This document shows positions 1 through 9,132 of a DNA stretch of 64,000 bases, piece after piece; within the stretch, counting starts at the first letter, position 1; each line of letters starts with the position of its first letter. Location: NCBI GenBank assembly GCA_007118975.1, contig SKQO01000003.1, forward strand, positions 12,509-76,508, given 5' to 3'. Both the position numbers and the translations under genes were made by a program. The DNA comes from Halobacteriales archaeon (lineage in GTDB: Archaea; Halobacteriota; Halobacteria; Halobacteriales; SKNY01). Below the pieces are notes generated by a model. It saw only the letters and a program-made list of their open reading frames with translations. It was not told where the DNA came from and did no database searches.

Positions 1-599
1 CGGCCGGTTCGTATCCGGAACTCGCGGAGCCGAACCGCGCCTACCCGGAAAAAACGTTTGCCACTGATTTCGCGGCCGCCCCTGTGGCGGCTGCGGCCCG
101 CTTCCGTTCGCTGCGAAGCCTCGGCGCAGCCCAGTCGCCGTTCGACGCGTGGGTCACGCTTCAGGGCCTCGAAACGTTGCCATTGCGCATGGAACGCCAC
201 TGCGAGAATGCAGCCATCGTCGCCGAGTATCTGGCCGACCACCCGGAAGTGGGCTGGGTGAATTACCCCGGACTTGGGGGCCACAACACCCACGAGAACG
301 CCAGGCAGTACCTCGATGGCGGGTATGGTGGTATGATATCATTCGGCCTCGCCGACGGGTTCGAACCGGGCAAACGGCTCTGCGAGGAGACCGAGGTGTT
401 CAGCTTCTTGGCCAATGTTGGCGACGCGAAGTCGCTGATCATCCATCCGGCGAGTACGACACACGGGCAACTCTCCGCGGAAGAGCAACGCGAAAGCGGC
501 GTTTCCCGCGATCTCATCCGACTTTCGATCGGTATCGAGGATCCGGCCGACCTCCTGGCTGATCTGGATCGGGCGATCGACCGTGCGGTCGACGGCTGA
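1..599 (+). CDS. metY: O-acetylhomoserine aminocarboxypropyltransferase (sulfhydrylase), 5'-truncated by window edge
   Basis: Frame open from position 3; C-terminal Cys/Met PLP-enzyme motifs [42 protein letters not shown]; directly upstream of metX. Confidence 0.9.
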   Translation, partial: AGSYPELAEPNRAYPEKTFATDFAAAPVAAAARFRSLRSLGAAQSPFDAWVTLQGLETLPLRMERHCENAAIVAEYLADHPEVGWVNYPGLGGHNTHENARQYLDGGYGGMISFGLADGFEPGKRLCEETEVFSFLANVGDAKSLIIHPASTTHGQLSAEEQRESGVSRDLIRLSIGIEDPADLLADLDRAIDRAVDG

Positions 600-690
600 T
601 GGTCGTGTCGAATTTTGCCGTCAGGCCGGAACATTAGGTCACGGGACTCCCACGCTCAGTTGCGCACCGGCCCGAGAGCCGGAAGAACCC

Positions 691-1893
691 ATGACGCTTG
701 AGACGGTCGACGTATCGGATTTCGAGTTCGCCTGTGGGGAGACCCTGTCCACCCTGCGGCTTGCCTACGACACCTACGGCGAGTTCGACGGTGACAATGC
801 CGTCCTCGTCTGTCATGCCTTGACTGGCAGCTCCCACGTGACGGGACGCGAACGCTCCGATACGAGCGGGCAGGCGGCAGGCTGGTGGGACGCCGTCGTC
901 GGACCCGGGAAGGCGATCGACACCAACGAATACTTCGTCGTCTGCGTCAACGTCCCCGGATCCTGCTACGGCTCGAGCGGTCCGGCAAGCATCGACCCCG
1001 AGACGGGAGCGCCCTACGGGACCGATTTCCCGCCGGTTACCGTCGGGGACTGGACGCGCGCCCAACGACGCGTCCTCGACCAACTCGGAGTGGGCCGGGT
1101 TCACGGCGTTATCGGGGGATCGGTCGGCGGCATGAACGTCCTCGACTGGGGTGCCCGCTACCCTGACGATGTCCACCGTCTCATCCCGGTTGCCACCGCG
1201 GCACGGCTCGACGCCCAGAGCCTGGCGCTCGATGCGGTGGCCCGACGAGCAATCACGATGGACCCGCACTGGAACAGCGGAGACTACTACGGGGACGATC
1301 GGCCTATCCCCCGACACGGCCTCGGGTTGGCTCGCCAGCTCGGCCACATCATGTACCTCTCGAAGCCGTCGATGGGGGCGAAGTTCGGTCGTCGGAGTGC
1401 GGGACGAGACGCGTATCGCGACACCTATCCCGCCGATCCGGCGGCCGATTTTTTCCCTTACCGCGAAGTCGAGTCCTACCTGGACTACCAGGCCGAGAAG
1501 TTCATGGACCGCTTCGACGCGAACAGTTACCTCTATCTCACCCGCGCGATGGACAACTACGATTTAGCAGCCGGCTATGAATCGGATGCGGATGCCCTGG
1601 CGGCCTTCGAGGGCGAAGCGCTCATCCTGAGCTTCACCGGCGACTGGCACTTCACGGTCTGTCAGTCCGAGGAGGTGGCTGGGGCGTTTCGGAAGGCGGG
1701 CGTCGGCGTCGCCCACCACGTCATCGAATCCAACCACGGCCACGACGCATTCCTCGTCGAACCCGACAAGGTCGGCCCACCGGTGGCGGACTTTCTGGCC
1801 GAGGGACTGGACGGTCGCTCGGTCACTGATACGTACGGCGAGACGGAAACCGTCGGGCCGCCACCTGCAAACGCTCGGATCGGCTCCGAATAG
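691..1893 (+). CDS. metX: Homoserine O-acetyltransferase
   Basis: CHALTG, GGSVGGM nucleophile elbow, HGHDAFL catalytic His; ATG at 691 chosen over the longer ORF start. Confidence 0.93.
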   Translation: MTLETVDVSDFEFACGETLSTLRLAYDTYGEFDGDNAVLVCHALTGSSHVTGRERSDTSGQAAGWWDAVVGPGKAIDTNEYFVVCVNVPGSCYGSSGPASIDPETGAPYGTDFPPVTVGDWTRAQRRVLDQLGVGRVHGVIGGSVGGMNVLDWGARYPDDVHRLIPVATAARLDAQSLALDAVARRAITMDPHWNSGDYYGDDRPIPRHGLGLARQLGHIMYLSKPSMGAKFGRRSAGRDAYRDTYPADPAADFFPYREVESYLDYQAEKFMDRFDANSYLYLTRAMDNYDLAAGYESDADALAAFEGEALILSFTGDWHFTVCQSEEVAGAFRKAGVGVAHHVIESNHGHDAFLVEPDKVGPPVADFLAEGLDGRSVTDTYGETETVGPPPANARIGSE

Positions 1894-1919
1894 CGACCCC
1901 TGGCGTGTGGAATGCGTCC

Positions 1920-2564
1920 TCACCCGTCGACGAGCGCACCGTGTTCTTCGAGGACGGCTGCCAGTTCCGGCATCGAGTGGACAATCACGTCACACTCGTC
2001 GGCAACTGTGGGGGTAGGGTCGTACCCTACGCCCACGCCTGCGAGCCGCAGCATGGGAATATCGTTGGCTCCGTCGCCTACGGCGACTGCACGATCGAGC
2101 GGAATCCGGGATTCGGTGGCGACGCGGCGGAGCGCGTTTGCTTTGTCTCCATCAACGAGGCGTCCCTCGACGCGTCCGGTCAACACCCCATCAGCCTGGA
2201 TAAGCCGGTTGGCGACGATCTCGTCGACGCTCACGCCGGCAGCCGAGAGCGCGGCTTCGACCCCGCGTTCAAAACCGCCGGTAAGAATTGCTGTTGTCGT
2301 GTCACTGCCGTTCAAGCGGGAGAGAAGCTCCGCCGCACCCGGCTGTAACCGGACGCTTGTGAGAATTTCCTCCGCCGCCGCGACGGGCATTCCTTCCAGG
2401 AGTCCCACGCGCCGACGCAGGCTTTCCGCATACGGAAGCTCCCCGGCCATTGCCCGTTCAGTGATCGACCCGATTTCCTCGGCCACCCCGTGCCGCTCGC
2501 CCAGGTCGTCGATCATCTCGTCTGCGGACAACGTCCCATCGAAGTCGAACGCCACGAGGCGCAT
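1920..2564 (-). CDS. serB: Phosphoserine phosphatase (HAD family)
   Basis: MRLVAFDFDGTL (DxDGT), TGGF, GDGAND motifs; divergent from serA. Confidence 0.92.
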   Translation of the reverse strand: MRLVAFDFDGTLSADEMIDDLGERHGVAEEIGSITERAMAGELPYAESLRRRVGLLEGMPVAAAEEILTSVRLQPGAAELLSRLNGSDTTTAILTGGFERGVEAALSAAGVSVDEIVANRLIQADGVLTGRVEGRLVDGDKANALRRVATESRIPLDRAVAVGDGANDIPMLRLAGVGVGYDPTPTVADECDVIVHSMPELAAVLEEHGALVDG

Positions 2565-2646
2565 GATCGGCACTTTGAGGTGGAACGGCTTGAACCCTCC
2601 CGCTTGGGTCCGAATCGTTAACTCCCGGCACTTGAAAGAGGGAACC

Positions 2647-4224
2647 ATGATCGTTCTCGTCGCGGACCCAATCGAGGAACCCGGGCTGGAATTGCTCCGG
2701 GATGCAGGCCATGACGTCACCGAATTGTACGATGCAGACTCGGCGGAGCTCCGGGAAACAGTGGCTGGTGCACACGCGTTGATCGTCCGCTCCGGGACGA
2801 CGGTCGACGCCGGCCTGCTCGACGCCGCGGACGACCTCGTGATCGTGGGGCGAGCTGGGATCGGGACGGACAACATCGACGAGGAGGCGGCGACCGAACG
2901 GGGAATCATTGTTGCGAACGCCCCCGGTGGGAACGTGCGCGCAGCAGCGGAGCATACGATTGCGATGACGTTCGCGGTCGCACGATCGATCCCACAGGCA
3001 CACATCCGGCTTCGCGAGGGCGAGTGGGCGAAAACCGCCTTCCAGGGAACCGAACTCAACGACCGGACGCTGGGTATCGTCGGGGTCGGACGCGTAGGCA
3101 TGGACGTCGCTCGAAAGCTAAACCGGTTGGGCATGGACCTGGTTGCCTACGACCCGTACATTCCCGTGGAGCGAGCCGAACAGCTCGGCGCGGAGCTGGT
3201 AGATCTCGACACCTGTCTGCAACGGGCGGACTTTCTGAGCGTCCATACACCTCTCACCCCCGAGACGGAAGGAATGATCGGGGAAGAGGAACTCGGCCTC
3301 CTGGGTGACGGGTACCTCATCAACTGCGCTCGCGGGGGCATTGTGGACGAGGACGCACTCGCTCGGGCAGTTACGGCGGGGAAACTCCGTGGGGCGGCGA
3401 TCGACGTCTTCGCCGAAGAGCCATTACCGGCGGACAGCCCCCTGCTCGAAGTCGACGACATCGTGGTAACGCCACACCTCGGGGCGAAAACGGAAACGGC
3501 CCAGCGGGCGGTGGCGACGGAGATCGCAACACAGGTGAACGCGGCACTCGCGGGCGAGCCTGTTACGACCGCACTGAATGCCCCGTCGGTCGATCCTGAT
3601 GCCTCCCCGGAACTGCTAGCATACATGGAACTCGCCGAAACTGCGGGACGGGTCGCCGCCCAGCTCCTCGAGACGCGAATGGATCGCGTCGAGGTACATG
3701 CGAGTGGCGGCATCGGGGAAGAGGATGGTGGCCTGCTGACGGCGTATGCCCTGATGGGCGCCTGCCAGGCGTTCGAGTGGCGAACGACGCCCGTGAATGC
3801 GCGCCGGGTTGCCGAGGAACGGGGAATCGAGGTGTACCAGCGGACCGAGTCACGGACGCGGGATTTCAGTGATCTCGTCCGAGTGGTCGCCAGCAGCGAC
3901 GGAGGCTCGATCGCCGTCGAGGGAACCCTCTTCGAAGGCGAGGAGCCGCGTCTCGTTCGTATCGATGGGTATCGGGTGGACGCGATTCCCCACGGCCACA
4001 TGCTGGTGGTCCGCAACCGAGACGCGCCGGGGGTCATCGGCTACATCGGCACGGCACTGGGCGAACGCGAGATCAATATCGCGGGAATGTTCAACTCGCG
4101 GGAGACCCAAGGTGGGGAAGCGTTGACAGTATATAATCTCGATGAGGCGGTACCGGCCGATCTACTCGCTGAACTGGTCGATGACGGGCGGATCTTCGAT
4201 GCCAGGTACATCACCCTGAACTGA
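2647..4224 (+). CDS. serA: D-3-phosphoglycerate dehydrogenase with C-terminal ACT domain
   Basis: RAGIGTDNID, GIVGVGRVG, INCARGG, TPHLGA, ACT domain NRDAPGVIG; ATG at 2647. Confidence 0.95.
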   Translation: MIVLVADPIEEPGLELLRDAGHDVTELYDADSAELRETVAGAHALIVRSGTTVDAGLLDAADDLVIVGRAGIGTDNIDEEAATERGIIVANAPGGNVRAAAEHTIAMTFAVARSIPQAHIRLREGEWAKTAFQGTELNDRTLGIVGVGRVGMDVARKLNRLGMDLVAYDPYIPVERAEQLGAELVDLDTCLQRADFLSVHTPLTPETEGMIGEEELGLLGDGYLINCARGGIVDEDALARAVTAGKLRGAAIDVFAEEPLPADSPLLEVDDIVVTPHLGAKTETAQRAVATEIATQVNAALAGEPVTTALNAPSVDPDASPELLAYMELAETAGRVAAQLLETRMDRVEVHASGGIGEEDGGLLTAYALMGACQAFEWRTTPVNARRVAEERGIEVYQRTESRTRDFSDLVRVVASSDGGSIAVEGTLFEGEEPRLVRIDGYRVDAIPHGHMLVVRNRDAPGVIGYIGTALGEREINIAGMFNSRETQGGEALTVYNLDEAVPADLLAELVDDGRIFDARYITLN

Positions 4225-4243
4225 GCAAGCCGGTATCCCCGGG

Positions 4244-4257
4244 GAGAAACATTTAAG
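4244..4257 (+). promoter_or_regulatory. BRE/TATA promoter (GAGAAACATTTAAG) with no convincing downstream CDS
   Basis: Matches haloarchaeal BRE + TTTAA consensus; predicted start about 4281-4283. Confidence 0.6.
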
Positions 4258-4282
4258 CCATCGCAGTGGTTTGTTTTCGAAC

Positions 4283-4735
4283 GTTGGGGCAGGGACCAAC
4301 CTGCCATTAACGGGGCCAAGACGAGTAGAAACCCATCGAAGACCGATCATAGCATCAGAATGTGTTGCGATTAAGACACTGCCTGATTCAACTTGTGTTG
4401 CGGTTAAGACACCGCCTGATTCAGAATGTGTTGCGATTAAGACACTGCCTGATGTATTCGGTTGACTCACAGGGTATGCGAAAGAACGGCCCCGAAGTTA
4501 CCTGCTGAGCGCCTGCTGTCTTGAACCTGATTCCTGAAGAAACAAGCTCGTCGTAGGCGCATGCCGAACTGTTGTTTGCGAGTTTCGTGACCCGGCACGT
4601 CGCGCTGGTTCGACAGGGGCGAACAGCCTGAAGTTAGTGATGCGTTCTCGAGACTGTGCCATCTCCAGGGAGTGATGTCCCGCACAGCGAATGTACCGGA
4701 TATCCGGGCTGAAAAACACCCGTAGCCCCCGGCCG
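4283..4735 (+). ncRNA. Candidate large structured non-coding RNA (~450 nt)
   Basis: Upstream promoter; 5'/3' end pairing (4283-4289 with 4727-4733); many nested stems; A-rich loops on + strand; no credible ORF. Confidence 0.5.
4355..4453. repeat. 3 x 33-bp tandem repeat TCAGAATGTGTTGCGATTAAGACACTGCCTGAT
   Basis: Units 4355-4387 and 4421-4453 identical; 4388-4420 differs at 5 positions; each unit has dyad symmetry (GTGT..ACAC, TCAG..CTGA). Confidence 0.97.
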
Positions 4736-4753
4736 ACACGACAACAATCGCCG

Positions 4754-6466
4754 TTAGTCCATATCCGGCTCGAAATACTCCAACCGGGACTCGGGGAACG
4801 CGTGGAATTTGATGCTCCGCTCGGTCACCTCATCGAAGAGTTCCTCGGCGTCCGCTTCAGTCCATGACTCCCATTCCGCATCGAGCAAGTGCTCGTATAC
4901 GACGATCACAACCGGTTCGTCCGGCTCGTAGTCCGGATTCTGGTCCTCGACCGTTTCCTCGGCGTATACTACCCAATCGTCGATGGGGATGTCTCGTGCA
5001 TGGATGACGACGGCCGGATCGGCCTCGGGATCCTCGCGGTCGAGCACGTAATCGCCGGCATTGAACCGCTCTCTCAGCGGCGTGAGCAGCTGAGCTGCGT
5101 AGGCGATGTCGTCTTGGGCCGGCGCGAATCGTTTGGAATCCTCCGCATCGAGTGCGTCCTCCAGTCTGGCCAGCGCCCGCTGCAGACGCTGGAATGATCG
5201 ATTGGTGACGATCGGTTCGATGACCTCGGCGAAGGCAACCACCTCGTCGTAGATGAGGTCGTACAGTTGCCCGTGCACGTCCCCGGTGAGGTGCTCTCGG
5301 AACTGCCCGTTCTCGCGCAACCTTCGATCTTCGGCCGCCTCGGCGTCACTGTCTGCCCGTAACCTGGCATCGACCGCCTCACGCGCGAGCGATGCTACAG
5401 CCATCGCTTCCTCCTCATGGGCGCCGAGTCGTTCGGGAATCTCCCTAAACACCCGGTCGGTTTCCATGAAGGAGCGTTCCTTGGCGTGTCGACGAGCGGT
5501 GGTCACCTGCTCCTCGAGGACATCGGTCCGTGCAGCCACTTCCTCCTCGATATACGATGCCACCGACAGATCGACCGTTCGCTCTTCACGCGTCAGGGCG
5601 ACACTGCCGTCTCCGGATACGAAGTCAACCGTCGGTTCGGAATGGCGGTCATCGACCGCGAAGACCGAGACGCCATCGTCGGCCTCCTCGACACCCAGCG
5701 TTACCTGATGGGGGTTCTCGAAATCCGCGGTGTGGCGGGCGGTTGCCGCGTATAGCATGTCGTTCGTGTACACCCGATCGCCGGGGTCCTCCCGGCGCCA
5801 GCCATCCTCCCGAAACTGATACACCCCGAGGAACACCGCATTGCCCGCTTGGCCCGCCGCTCGATCATCAGCTCCCTCGAATTCATGGGCGATCGTCGCG
5901 AGCGCAGCGTCCGTGTCCGCTGTTACGTCATCACGCCGTGGAAACTCGACGGGTGGGATGGGTTTGTTCGGATCCTCATCCCCCGTCGGCGAGGCGACGC
6001 GAACGTCAAAGTCTTCGAGTACCCGATTGTACTCGCAATCCTCCTCGCAGGCGTCCTCCGAGCCGGCAACGGGGACCGTTTCGAGGACGCACTCGTCGTA
6101 TTCGAGATACAACCAGAGTTCGTCATCGATTGTCTCCTCCGTGGAGACCGGGACGTTGTAATCGTCTTCCGGTACCACGATCGGTCGTCCGCAGCGATCG
6201 ATCGCATACCCGGCGTCGATTGTGACCTCGAAGTCCGCATCCGAATCGACTGCGGGCGAGATTTGGGCCTCGAGACCTTCCACGACCCCGTGACCGCTCA
6301 CGTGTCGTGCGTTCCGCGTGTATAGCCCCCGATAGTACCGTTGTTCGTCCTGCATGTCTCGCGCCGACAGCAACTTTCCGTGGAAGTACCGGTTCCGTTG
6401 GGATTGCCGTAGGCTGCAGTTATCGATCGATTCCGCGTGTCCTGTCGTGTCTTCGTTATCCACCAT
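4754..6466 (-). CDS. CIS fibre/baseplate-attached protein with C-terminal haloarchaeal-type accessory domain
   Basis: N-terminal RNRYFHGKLLSARDMQDEQRY...GYAIDRCGRPIVV typical of the last gene of eCIS baseplate modules; NPHQVT motif; helical middle. Confidence 0.7.
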   Translation of the reverse strand: MVDNEDTTGHAESIDNCSLRQSQRNRYFHGKLLSARDMQDEQRYYRGLYTRNARHVSGHGVVEGLEAQISPAVDSDADFEVTIDAGYAIDRCGRPIVVPEDDYNVPVSTEETIDDELWLYLEYDECVLETVPVAGSEDACEEDCEYNRVLEDFDVRVASPTGDEDPNKPIPPVEFPRRDDVTADTDAALATIAHEFEGADDRAAGQAGNAVFLGVYQFREDGWRREDPGDRVYTNDMLYAATARHTADFENPHQVTLGVEEADDGVSVFAVDDRHSEPTVDFVSGDGSVALTREERTVDLSVASYIEEEVAARTDVLEEQVTTARRHAKERSFMETDRVFREIPERLGAHEEEAMAVASLAREAVDARLRADSDAEAAEDRRLRENGQFREHLTGDVHGQLYDLIYDEVVAFAEVIEPIVTNRSFQRLQRALARLEDALDAEDSKRFAPAQDDIAYAAQLLTPLRERFNAGDYVLDREDPEADPAVVIHARDIPIDDWVVYAEETVEDQNPDYEPDEPVVIVVYEHLLDAEWESWTEADAEELFDEVTERSIKFHAFPESRLEYFEPDMD

Positions 6467-6489
6467 TCAATGATCGCCTCCCGTCGAAC

Positions 6490-9132
6490 TCACGATAGCC
6501 GTGCCTCCTCGTCGAGCCGCGCGTGTACGCCCAGGTTGGCATCCGGTTCACGCGAACCGAGGACGCTTTCCTGGCCGAGCGTTGCCTCCTCGAGCACCAA
6601 CTCGCGGGATAGCAAGACGGTGTTTACCCCGAGATAGGTGTGAAATCCCCGACCCCCTTCCTCGCCCGGGAGCACGGTCCGTTGCCGGAGCGCCACAGCG
6701 CGTCCGCTTGCGTGGGCGGGTCGCTGAAACCTGACGATCCGGCCGATGGCGCGGAACTGTTCTTCCGGGAGATCCGGATGACAGAGCACGAGGAATCCCA
6801 TTGGACAACTGATCAGTCGCTCGAACAGCTCGGCATGAGCATCCGCGTCGATGGCATCCAGCTCGCGGCGTTCGACGATCCAGACGAGCGACTCAGAACT
6901 CGTGTCTGACAGTTCCTTGTGTCGTTCGATCGCCTCCGTCCGTGCGGTCGGCGTGAGGTGGCCGCGTTCCACCAACCGGTCCAGCTGGTGGTGCTCACGC
7001 GCGAGTGCCGGATTCCAGTCGGGGCGGTCGACATCGACCGTCTCGAGATACAACTGGATCATCTCCTCAAGGCCTTCCCGCGTCCCGCGCTTTCGGTACA
7101 GCGCCGGCGCCTGTTCGATCAACGATCGGGTTGCCTCGGTCGGCCACGCCTCGTCAACTTCCACACCGAGGAACTCGCCGAGCCACGCGAGGTGGGGCAT
7201 ATCTCCGGGGATGCCCTGGGGATCCAGGATCGTCGAAATGTCCGCGATTTCGTGATCGACGTCGGTTAGTATCCGCTCGAACAGCGCCAAAAAGCGTTCG
7301 AGGAACGCGCTCGTTTCCTCGTCCTCGCGGTACACCGCTGGAAGTTCCGATAGATACGACTCCCGTGGGTAGCTGGCATCAACCGACTGGACCGTCGGTA
7401 CTGCATCTTCTGTCCCCACTAAATCGAGTTGAACCCACAGGTATCGGCCGTTCGCGTCGAGTAACACGTCGCGTGGATCCGCCGCCGAGAGCGTCGTCCA
7501 GTCCTCGCCGGTTCCGAACGTCGCCCGTACAGGATCGGACGCGAGGATCCCCTCCGCCTCATCCTGCCAATCTGCGGCGCGAGCGGGCGTAATCGTCCGG
7601 ATCCCCCGCGTCACGAGCGACGCGATCAGACCGACATCGAGGCCCGCTAACTCCTGCGGGGACGTGATGCCACCCGCCGCCAACCGTGCTTTTCTGATCG
7701 GTCCGATCCCCGTGATCGCCTGCAAATCTCCCTCGTCCATGGACGCCGCCTCCTCCCGCCAGGTCTCGACGCGCGAGCGGGCGACACCGACCTCCTCGAC
7801 GCTCAAGATCGTCGCGATCGTCTCGGGTGACAACTCGAGGAAGTCGACCAGATCTTCGACACCCGCCTGCCTCAATCGCCGGGCCTTGCGAGGACCGATC
7901 CCGTCGACAGCTCGCAACTCACCCCGATCCGTGGCCTCGATTTGTACGTCCCGCGGTTGTGTGTTGGTCGCACGGTAGTGAACCTGCACTTGCGTATCGG
8001 CAGGAACGGTTGTTTCGAGGGTCAAGCGATGCCACTGCAGGTCATCCATGCCCGCGTCGAAGGCAGTTCTGACGACGCCGTGCACCTCTCCGGTTGTCGG
8101 ATCCGCCCGGTAGGAGCGTGATGCATCGACCCGAAACAACGAGCCATCGGCATTGACGACGAATACCTGACGGTTGTCACCGGTACCGACCGAGACCATG
8201 CGATTGCAACCTGCCCGGAAGCGGGCCTGTACATCAAAGCCCACACGTTCGGGGCGATACGAAAGCAATCGTCGCTCGCCGTCGTGGGTCGGGTCGACCC
8301 CCACGAGTAACTCGCCGGGAGCGCCGGTTGCCAGGCACCCGGGCACGAAAGACGAGTCCGTCTCCAGTGATCGGAGGGCCCTGGGTGGCACCCAGATGCT
8401 TTCGGTCGCCGGGACGGGCGGGCGGGCAAGCGCACGGCCATCGATCCGTCGAACCACGTACTCGGTCGTCTCGTCGGAATCGGGTTGCAGCCGTGGTTCG
8501 AGGACGTACAGATCGCCAGCATCGTCGAAATCCGCGTCGATCGGGTCGGTAAGACCGATGACGATCGTTCGGAACCTGGCATCCCGGGTTACCCGCGCGA
8601 GCGTTCCCCGACCGTGGTGGGGCCCAGCATCGAGCAAGAACACCTCGTCACCGTCACGCACGAAGCCGACTGGTTTGTGAATGCCACGCTCCTTGACCCA
8701 CCGGAGCTGGCCGAGCTCTCGCGAGTAGGCACGGACCGTCCCTGTGTCGACCGTTGCCACGTAGAGCGTATCGGCAGTCATGGCGATCGCCACCACCTCC
8801 CCGTCAGTCAAGTCGACGGCACCGAGCGGCGAAAGGTGGCCCTCGCCGGGTACCTGTCGATACACGCGGCCGTTCACATCAAGGAGATAGCGTGTCCCAC
8901 ACGGTTCGATGTCCACATCGACGATCTCGAGGGAGGAGGCGGGTTCGACGACCTTCTGGGGTCGACGGACCGTCGCGTCGATCAACAGATCGGTTTTGTC
9001 CCGATACGATCGAGCGCTTGTGGTCGAGACCCGGATACCCGTCTCCGCTTCCTCGTCGAGGACGTCCACGTTCCGTCCATCCCAGTCCGTCCACGATTGC
9101 GGCGTGTGGGTTCCACGTGCGGCGAAATCCAT
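6490..9132 (-). CDS. CIS baseplate wedge/phage tail-I-like protein with N-terminal beta-propeller-like region and two HhH modules
   Basis: YLSELPAVYRED..FLERFLALFE..LAWLG..LYRKRGTREGL (P2 gpI-like); two GIGP HhH motifs. Confidence 0.8.
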   Translation of the reverse strand: MDFAARGTHTPQSWTDWDGRNVDVLDEEAETGIRVSTTSARSYRDKTDLLIDATVRRPQKVVEPASSLEIVDVDIEPCGTRYLLDVNGRVYRQVPGEGHLSPLGAVDLTDGEVVAIAMTADTLYVATVDTGTVRAYSRELGQLRWVKERGIHKPVGFVRDGDEVFLLDAGPHHGRGTLARVTRDARFRTIVIGLTDPIDADFDDAGDLYVLEPRLQPDSDETTEYVVRRIDGRALARPPVPATESIWVPPRALRSLETDSSFVPGCLATGAPGELLVGVDPTHDGERRLLSYRPERVGFDVQARFRAGCNRMVSVGTGDNRQVFVVNADGSLFRVDASRSYRADPTTGEVHGVVRTAFDAGMDDLQWHRLTLETTVPADTQVQVHYRATNTQPRDVQIEATDRGELRAVDGIGPRKARRLRQAGVEDLVDFLELSPETIATILSVEEVGVARSRVETWREEAASMDEGDLQAITGIGPIRKARLAAGGITSPQELAGLDVGLIASLVTRGIRTITPARAADWQDEAEGILASDPVRATFGTGEDWTTLSAADPRDVLLDANGRYLWVQLDLVGTEDAVPTVQSVDASYPRESYLSELPAVYREDEETSAFLERFLALFERILTDVDHEIADISTILDPQGIPGDMPHLAWLGEFLGVEVDEAWPTEATRSLIEQAPALYRKRGTREGLEEMIQLYLETVDVDRPDWNPALAREHHQLDRLVERGHLTPTARTEAIERHKELSDTSSESLVWIVERRELDAIDADAHAELFERLISCPMGFLVLCHPDLPEEQFRAIGRIVRFQRPAHASGRAVALRQRTVLPGEEGGRGFHTYLGVNTVLLSRELVLEEATLGQESVLGSREPDANLGVHARLDEEARLS

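Noticed and set aside
1912-3134. N-terminal extensions of serA (from 1912) and serB (from 3134)
   Set aside because: Each extension is the antisense shadow of the other gene; real starts are 2647 and 2564
4355-4453. CRISPR array
   Set aside because: Units are head-to-tail with no unique spacers, and there are no cas genes in the window
4600-4690. tmRNA-like GGTTCGACAGGGG and group I intron-like GAGACT motifs
   Set aside because: No acceptor stem/CCA or P7 partner element found; both fit local hairpins
4162-4739. Short ORFs 4162-4470(-), 4467-4739(-), 4498-4719(-), 4271-4465(+)
   Set aside because: Non-acidic composition, weak starts, and overlap with serA or the promoter; the RNA interpretation explains the region better, though a small peptide is not excluded
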